From: Bugula neritina
Lineage: Eukaryota > Animalia > Bryozoa
NCBI GenBank assembly: GCA_964035545.1
Contig: OZ037766.1
Location: 18,501,081 to 18,565,080 of the forward strand
DNA: 64,000 bases
Direction of reading: 5' to 3'
The notes beneath the pieces were generated by a model, which saw only the letters and a program-made list of their open reading frames with translations, made no database searches and was not told the DNA's origin. Made by a program: the position numbers and the translations under genes. Position 1 is the stretch's first letter. Every line of letters starts with the position of its first letter. Of this stretch, positions 55,140-64,000 are shown in pieces.

Positions 55140-58100
55140 TGTCTTTCAGTATGTTGCAGTATATTTCGGTATTTTGCAACATATTTCAATATGTTGCAAT
55201 GTATTTCAATATGTTACAGTGTATTTCAGTATGTTGCAGTATGTTGCAATGTATTTCAGTATGTTACAGTGTATTTCAGTAGGTTTCAGTATCTTGCAGT
55301 ATATTTCAGCATGTTGCAGTATATTTCAGGATGTTGCAGTATATTTCAGTATGTTACAGTGTTTTGCAGTATTTTGCAGTATATTTCAGTGTGTTACAGT
55401 ATATTTCATTATGTTGCAGTATGTTGCAGTATATTTCAGTAGTTTGCAACATATTTCAGTAGGTTACCATATATTTCGGTATGTTGCAGCATATTTCAAG
55501 GTGTTGCAGTGTATTTCAATATGTTACAGTGTATTTCAGTATGTTGCAGTATGTTCCATTATGCTGCAGTGTATTTCTGTATGTTACAGTGTATTTCAGT
55601 ATGTTGCAGTACATTTCAGTATGTTACAGTATATTTCAGTATGTTACAGTGTACTTCAGTATGTTGCAGTATTTTGCAATATATTTCAGTATGTTACAGT
55701 GTATTTCAGTATGTTCCAGTATATTTCAGTATGTTACAATAAATTTCAGTATGTTACAGTACATTTCCGTAAGTTACACTATACTTCAGGTAGTTGTAGT
55801 ATATTTCAGTATCCTGCAGTATATCTCAGTATGTTACAGCATATTTCATTGTGTTGCAGTGTATTTCAATTTGTTACATTGTATTTCAGTATGTTGCAGT
55901 ATGTTGCAGTATGCTGCAGTATGTTGCAGTGTATTTCTGTATTTTACAGTGTATTTCAGTATGTTGCAGTATATTTCAGCATGTTACAGTATATTTCAGT
56001 ATGTTGCAGTATATTTCAGTGGGTTATAGTATATTTCAGTATGATACAGCGTATTTCGGTATGTTACAGTGTATGTCAGTATGTTGCAGTATTTTCCAAT
56101 GTATTTCAGTATGTTACAGTGTATTTCAGTATGTTGCAGTATAATTCAGTATGTTACAATAAATTTCAGTATGTTACAGTACATTTCCGTAAATTACACT
56201 ATACTTCAGTGAGTTGTAGTATATTTCAGTATCTTGCAGTATATCTCAGTATGTTACAGTATATTTCAGTATCTTACAGTACATTTCCGTAAATTACACT
56301 ACACTTCAGTGAGTTGTAGTATATTTCAGTATCTTGCAGTATATCTCAGTATGTTACAGTATATTTCAGTATGTTACAGTATATTTCAGTGTGTTACAGT
56401 AAATTTCAGTATGTTACAGTGCATTTGCAGATATTACACTATACTTTAGTGAGTTTTAGTGTCTTTCAGTATCTTGCAGTATATTTCAGTATGTTGCAAT
56501 ATTTTGCAATATATTTTAGTATGTTACAGTGTATTTCAGTACGTTGCAGTATATTTCAGTATGATACAATAAATTTCAGTGTGTTACAGTACATTTCTGC
56601 AAATTACACTATACTTCAGTGAGTTGTAGTATATTTCAGTATCTTGCAGTATATCTCAGTATGTTACAGTTGATTTCAGTATGTTCCAGTATATTTCAGC
56701 GTGTTTCAGTATATTTCAGTATGCCACAGTGCATTTTCAGATTTTTCACTATACTTCAGTGAGTTTTAGTGTCTTTCAGTATGTTGCAGTATATTTCTGT
56801 ATCTTGCAACTTATTTCAATGTGTTGCAATGTAATTCAATATGTTACAGTGTATTTCAGTATGTTGCAGTATGTTGCAGTGTATTTCAGTATGTTACAGT
56901 GTATTTCAGTAGGTTTCAGTATCTTGCAGTATATTTCAGTATGTTGCAGTATATTTCAGTGGGTTACAGTATATTCCAGTATGTTCCAGTATGTTGCAGT
57001 ATATTTCAGGATGTTGCAGTGTATTTCATTATGTTACAGTGTATTTCAGTGGTTTGCAACATATTTCAGTAGGTTACCATATATTTCGGTATGTTGCAGC
57101 ATATTTCAATGTGTTGCAGTGTATTTCAATATGTTACAGTGTATTTCAGTATGTTGCAGTATGTTGCAGTGTATTTCTGTATGTTACGGCGTAGTTCAGT
57201 ATGTTGCAGTATATTTCAGTATCTTACAGTATGTTTCAGTATGTTGCAGTATATTTCCGTGGGTTATAGTATATTCCAGTATGATACAGCATATTTCAGT
57301 ATGTTACAGTGTATTTCAGTATGTTGCAGTATTTTGCAATGCATTTCAGTATGTTACAGTGTATTTCAGTATGTTGCAGTATTTTTCAGTATTTTACAAT
57401 AAATTTCAGTATATTACAGTACATTTCCGTAAATTACGCTATACTTCAGTGAGTTGTAGTATATTTCAGTATCATGCAGTATATCTCAGTATGTTACAGT
57501 ATATTTCAGTATGTTACAGTATGTTTCAGTGTGTTACAGTATGTTGCAGTATATTTCAGTAGTTTGCAACATATTTCAGTAGGTTACCATATATTTCGGT
57601 ATGTTGCAGCATATTTCAATGTGTTGCAGTGTATTTCAATATGTTACAGTGTATTTCAGTATGTTGCAGTACGTTGCAGTATGATGCAGCATGTTGCAGT
57701 GTATTTCTGTATGTTACAGTGTAATTCGGAATGTTGCAGTATATTTCAGTATGTTACAGTATGTTTCAGTATGTTGCAGTATATTTCAGTGGGTTATAGT
57801 ATATTTCAGTATGATACAGCGTATTTCAGTATGTTACAGTGTATTTCAGTATGTTGCAGTATTTTGCAATATATTTCAGTATGTTACAGCGTATTTCAGT
57901 ATGTTGCAGTATATTTCAGTATGTTACAATAAATTTCAGTATGTTACAGTACATTGCCGTAAATTACACTATACTTCAGTGAGTTGTAGTATATTTCAGT
58001 ATCTTGCAGTATATCTCAGTATGTTACTGTATATTTCAGTATGTTACAGTATATTTCAGTGTGTTACAGTAAATTTCAGTATGTTACAGTGCATTTGCAG

Positions 58101-61100
58101 ATATTACACTATACTTTAGTGAGTTTTAGTGTCTTTCAGTATGTTGCAGTATATTTCAGTATGTTGCAGTATGTTGCAATATGTATCAGTATGTTACAGT
58201 GTATTTCAGTATGTTGCAGTATATTTCAGTATGTTACAATAAATTTCAGTATGTTACAGTATATTTCCGTAAATTACTCTATACTTCAGTGAGTTGTAGT
58301 ATATTTCAGTATCTTGCAGTATATCTCAGTATGTTAGAGTATATTTCAGTATGTTACAGTATTATTCAGTTTGTTACAGTAAATTTCAGTATGTTACAGT
58401 GCATTTGCAGATATTACACTATACTTCAGTGAGTTTTAGTGTCTTTCAGTATGTTGCAGTATATTTCGGTATCTTGCAACTTATTTCAATGTGTTGCAAT
58501 GTAATTCAATATGTTACAGTGTATTTCAGTATGTTACAGTATGTTTCAGTATGTTACAGTATATTTCAGTTTGTTACAGTAAATTTCAGTATGATACAGT
58601 GCATTTGCAGATATTACACTATACTTCAGTGAGTTTTAGTGTCTTTCATTATGTTGCAGTGTATTTCAGTATGTTGCAGTATTTTGCAATACATTTTATT
58701 ATGTTACAGTGTATTTCAGTATGTTGCAGTATATTTCAGTTTGATACAATAAATTTCAGTATGTTACAGTACATTTCCGTAAATTACACTATACTTCAGT
58801 GAGTTGTAGTATATTTCAGTATCTTGCAGTATATCTCAGTATGTTACAGTATATTTCAGTATGTTGCAGTATATTTCAGCGTGTTTGAGTATATTTCAGT
58901 ATGACACAGTGCATTTCCAGATATTACGCTATACTTCAGTGAGTTTTAGTGTCTTTCAGTATGTTGCAGTATATTTCGGTATTTTGCAACATATTTCAAT
59001 ATGTTGCAATGTATTTCAATATGTTACAGTGTATTTCAGTATGTTGCAGTATGTTGCAATGTATTTCAGTATGTTACAGAGTATTTCAGTAGGTTTCAGT
59101 ATTTTGCAGTATATTTCAGTATGTTGCAGTATATTTCAGGATGTTGCAGTATATTTCAGTATGTTACTGTGTTTTGCAGTATTTTGCAGTATATTTCAGT
59201 GTGTTATAGTATATTTCATTATGTTGCAGTATGTTGCAGTATATTTCAGTAGTTTGCAACATATTTAGGCAGGTTACCATATATTTCGGTATGTTGCAGC
59301 ATATTCCAAGGTGTTGCAGTGTATTTCAATATGTTACAGTGTATTTAAGTATGTTGCAGTACATTTCAGTATGTTACAGTATATTTCAGTATGTAGCAGT
59401 ATATTTCAGTGGGTTATAGCATATTTCAGTATGATACAGCGTATTTCAGTATGTTACAGTGTACTTCAGTATGTTGCAGTATTTTGCAATATATTTCAGT
59501 ATGTTACAGTGTATTTCAGTATGTTCCAGTATATTTCAGTATGTTACAATAAATTTCAGTATGTTACAGTACATTTCCGTAAGTTACACTATACTTCAGG
59601 TAGTTGTAGTATATTTCAGTATCCTGCAGTATATCTCAGTATGTTACAGCATATTTCATTGTGTTGCAGTGTATTTCAATATGTTACAGTGTATTTCAGT
59701 ATGTTGCAGTATGTTGCAGTATGCTGCAGTATGTTGCAGTGTATTTCTGTATTTTACAGTGTATTTCAGTATGTTGCAGTATATTTCAGCATGTTACAGT
59801 ATATTTCAGTATGTTGCAGTATATTTCAGTGGGTTATAGTATATTTCAGTATGATACAGCGTATTTCGGTATGTTACAGTGTATGTCAGTATGTTGCAGT
59901 ATTTTCCAATGTATTTCAGTATGTTACAGTGTATTTCAGTATGTTGCAGTATAATTCAGTATGTTACAATAAATTTCAGTATGTTACAGTACATTTCCGT
60001 AAATTACACTATACTTCAGTGAGTTGTAGTATATTTCAGTATCTTGCAGTATATCTCAGTATGTTACAGTATATTTCAGTATCTTACAGTACATTTCCGT
60101 AAATTACACTACACTTCAATGAGTTGTAGTATATTTCAGTATCTTGCAGTATATCTCAGTATGTTACAGTATATTTCAGTATGTTACAGTATATTTCAGT
60201 GTGTTACAGTAAATTTCAGTATGTTACAGTGCATTTGCAGATATTACACTATACTTTAGTGAGTTTTAGTGTCTTTCAGTATCTTGCAGTATATTTCAGT
60301 ATGTTGCAATATTTTGCAATATATTTTAGTATGTTACAGTGTATTTCAGTACGTTGCAGTATATTTCAGTATGATACAATAAATTTCAGTGTGTTACAGT
60401 ACATTTCTGCAAATTACACTATACTTCAGTGAGTTGTAGTATATTTCAGTATCTTGCAGTATATCTCAGTATGTTACAGTTGATTTCAGTATGTTCCAGT
60501 ATATTTCAGCGGGTTTCAGTATATTTCAGTATGCCACAGTGCATTTTCAGATTTTTCACTATACTTCAGTGAGTTTTAGTGTCTTTCAGTATGTTGCAGT
60601 ATATTTCGGTATCCTGCAACTTATTTCAATGTGTTGCAATGTAATTCAATATGTTACAGTGTATTTCAGTATGTTGCAGTATGTTGCAGTGTATTTCAGT
60701 ATGTTACAGTGTATTTCAGTAGGTTTCAGTATCTTGCAGTATATTTCAGTATGTTGCAGTATATTTCAATGGGTTACAGTATATTCCAGTATGTTCCAGT
60801 ATGTTGCAGTATATTTCAGGATGTTGCAGTGTATTTCATTATGTTACAGTGTATTTCAGTGGTTTGCAACATATTTCAGTAGGTTACCATATATTTCGGT
60901 ATATTGCAGCATATTTCAATGTGTTGCAGTGTATTTCAATATGTTACAGTGTATTTCAGTATGTTGCAGTATGTTGCAGTGTATTTCTGTATGTTACGGC
61001 GTAGTTCAGTATGTTGCAGTATATTTCAGTATCTTACAGTATGTTTCAGTATGTTGCAGTATATTTCCGTGGGTTATAGTATATTCCAGTATGATACAGC

Positions 61101-64000
61101 ATATTTCAGTATGTTACAGTGTATTTCAGTATGTTGCAGTATTTTGCAATGCATTTCAGTATGTTACAGTGTATTTCAGTATGTTGCAGTATATTTCAGT
61201 ATTTTACAATAAATTTCAGTATATTACAGTACATTTCCGTAAATTACGCTATACTTCAGTGAGTTGTAGTATATTTCAGTATCATGCAGTATATCTCAGT
61301 GTGTTACAGTATATTTCAGTATGTTACAGTATGTTTCAGTGTGTTACAGTATGTTGCAGTATATTTCAGTAGTTTGCAACATATTTCAGTAGGTTACCAT
61401 ATATTTCGGTATGTTGCAGCATATTTCAATGTGTTGCAGTGTATTTCAATATGTTACAGTGTATTTCAGTATGTTGCAGTATGTTGCAGTATGATGCAGC
61501 ATGTTGCAGTGTATTTCTGTATGTTACAGTGTAATTCTGAATGTTGCAGTATACTTCAGTATGTTACAGTATGTTTCAGTATGTTGCAGTATATTTCAGT
61601 GGGTTATAGCATATTTCAGTATGATACAGCGTATTTCAGTATGTTACAGTGTATTTCAGTATGTTGCAGTATTTTGCAATATATTTCAGTATGTTACAGC
61701 GTATTTCAGTATGTTGCAGTATATTTCAGTATGTTACAATAAATTTCAGTATGTTACAGTACATTGCCGTAAATTACACTATACTTCAGTGAGTTGTAGT
61801 ATATTTCAGTATCTTGCAGTATATCTCAGTATGTTACTGTATATTTCAGTATGTTACAGTATATTTCAGTGTGTTACAGTAAATTTCAGTATGTTACAGT
61901 GCATTTGCAGATATTACACTATACTTTAGTGAGTTTTAGTGTCTTTCAGTATGTTGCAGTATATTTCAGTATGTTGCAGTATGTTGCAATATGTATCAGT
62001 ATGTTACAGTGTATTTCAGTATGTTGCAGAATATTTCAGTATGTTACAATAAATTTCAGTATGTTACAGTATATTTCCGTAAATTACTCTATACTTCAGT
62101 GAGTTGTAGTATATTTCAGTATCTTGCAGTATATCTCAGTATGTTAGAGTATATTTCAGTATGTTACAGTATTATTCAGTTTGTTACAGTAAATTTCAGT
62201 ATGTTACAGTGCATTTGCAGATATTACACTATACTTCAGTGAGTTTTAGTGTCTTTCAGTATGTTGCAGTATATTTCGGTATCTTGCAACTTATTTCAAT
62301 GTGTTGCAATGTAATTCAATATGTTACAGTGTATTTCAGTATATTACAGAATATTTCAGTATGTTACAGTATATTTCAGTTTGTTACAGTAAATTTCAGT
62401 ATGATACAGTGCATTTGCAGATATTACACTATACTTCAGTGAGTTTTAGTGTCTTTCATTATGTTGCAGTATATTTCAGTATGTTGCAGTATTTTGCAAT
62501 ACATTTTATTATGTTACAGTGTATTTCAGTATGTTGCAGTATATTTCAGTTTGATACAATAAATTTCAGTATGTTACAGTACATTTCCGTAAATTACACT
62601 ATACTTCAGTGAGTTGTAGTATATTTCAGTATCTTGCAGTATATCTCAGTATGTTACAGTATATTTCAGCATGTTGCAGTATATTTCAGCGTGTTTGAGT
62701 TTATTTCAGTATGACACAGTGCATTTCTAGATATTACGCTATACTTCAGTGAGTTTTAGTGTCTTTCAGTATGTTGCAGTATATTTCGGGATTTTGCAAC
62801 ATATTTCAATATGTTGCAATGTATTTCAATATGTTACAGTGTATTTCAGTATGTTGCAGTATGTTGCAATGTATTTCAGTATGTTACAGTGTATTTCAGT
62901 AGGTTTCAGTATCTTGCAGTATATTTCAGCATGTTGCAGTATATTTCAGGATGTTGCAGTATATTTCAGTATGTTACTGTGTTTTGCAGTATTTTGCAGT
63001 ATATTTCAGTGTGTTACAGTATATTTCATTATGTTGCAGTATGTTGCAGTATATTTCAGTAGTTTGCAACATATTTCAGCAGGTTACCATATATTTCGGT
63101 ATGTTGCAGCATATTTCAAGGTGTTGCAGTGTATTTCAATATGTTACAGTGTATTTCAGTATGTTGCAGTATGTTCCAGTATGCTGCAGTGTATTTCTGT
63201 ATGTTACAGTGTATTTAAGTATGTTGCAGTACATTTCAGTATGTTACAGTATATTTCAGTATGTTGCAGTATATTTCAGTGGGTTATAGCATATTTCAGT
63301 ATGATACAGCGTATTTCAGTATGTTACAGTGTACTTCAATATGTTGCAGTATTTTGCAATATATTTCAGTATGTTACAGTGTATTTCAGTATGTTCCAGT
63401 ATATTTCAGTATGTTACAATAAATTTCAGTATGTTACAGTACATTTCCGTAAGTTACACTATACTTCAGGTAGTTGTAGTATATTACAGTATCCTGCAGT
63501 ATATCTCAGTATGTTACAGCATATTTCATTGTGTTGCAGTGTATTTCAATATGTTACAGTGTATTTCAGTATGTTGCAGTATGTTGCAGTATGCTGCAGT
63601 ATGTTGCAGTGTATTTCTGTATTTTACAGTGTATTTCAGTATGTTGCAGTATATTTCAGCATGTTACAGTATATTTCAGTATGTTGCAGTATATTTCAGT
63701 GGGTTATAGTATATTTCAGTATGCTACAGCGTATTTCGGTATGTTACAGTGTATGTCAGTATGTTGCAGTATTTTCCAATGTATTTCAGTATGTTACAGT
63801 GTATTTCAGTATGTTGCAGTATAATTCAGTATGTTACAATAAATTTCAGTATGTTACAGTACATTTCCGTAAATTACACTATACTTCAGTGAGTTGTAGT
63901 ATATTTCAGTATCTTGCAGTATATCTCAGTATGTTACAGTATATTTCAGTATCTTACAGTACATTTCCGTAAATTACACTACACTTCAGTGAGTTGTAGT
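55140..64000 (+). repeat. 3810-bp HOR domain (~2.3 copies, runs off the window)
   Basis: Markers atgttacggc 57181/60991, attattcagt 58361/62171 and atcctgcagt 55811/59621/63491 (the last offset is 3870). Confidence 0.88.

Larger units (their letters stand above)
9632..64000 (+). repeat. Satellite array, right arm: same 10/20-bp satellite with nested HORs; runs off the window end
   Basis: The 10-bp blocks end in CAGT or a close variant from 9640 to 64000. Orientation is single and T-rich on the + strand (consensus dimer about 25% GC). No inversion or second insertion was seen. Confidence 0.99.

Noticed and set aside
426-63972. Hundreds of plus-strand ORFs up to 507 aa (MLQYISVCYSIFQYVAVYFS...)
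   Set aside because: The 20-bp consensus has no TAA/TAG/TGA in any + frame, while the - strand has TGA/TAA in almost every dimer. All three frames give the same peptide, and length changes come in multiples of 10 rather than 3. This is a satellite artefact, not coding.
1-64000. CRISPR array or telomeric repeat
   Set aside because: There are no unique spacers between constant repeats, no cas-like ORFs and no G-run telomere motif. Sequence between landmark cassettes is itself satellite.

Overview
Eukaryotic, AT-rich window, about 92% of it a single-orientation satellite array. The array is built from 10-bp monomers, mostly alternating ATGTT(A/G)CAGT and (A/G)TATTTCAGT as a 20-bp dimer. It is organised hierarchically: two landmark cassettes spaced 140 bp apart in ~310-bp modules, local higher-order repeats (HORs) of 2190, ~3340, 2980 and 3810 bp, and one near-identical ~13.7-14.05-kb tandem duplication. 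The 10-bp register holds throughout. The array is interrupted once, at 4269-9631, by a 5363-bp DNA transposon-like insertion with 22-bp imperfect TIRs (CACAGC...GCTGTG), a 2-bp TG target-site duplication and 180-bp-spaced subterminal motifs. Intact empty sites exist in sister HOR copies. The insertion has no long ORF. Manual minus-strand reading suggests two tandem, decayed, multi-exon genes with short introns; neither resembles a transposase I can recognise, and one has a transmembrane-like segment. All the Q/Y/V/S/C-rich plus-strand ORFs in the supplied track are artefacts of the satellite consensus. Organism and centromeric status cannot be determined from the sequence alone.
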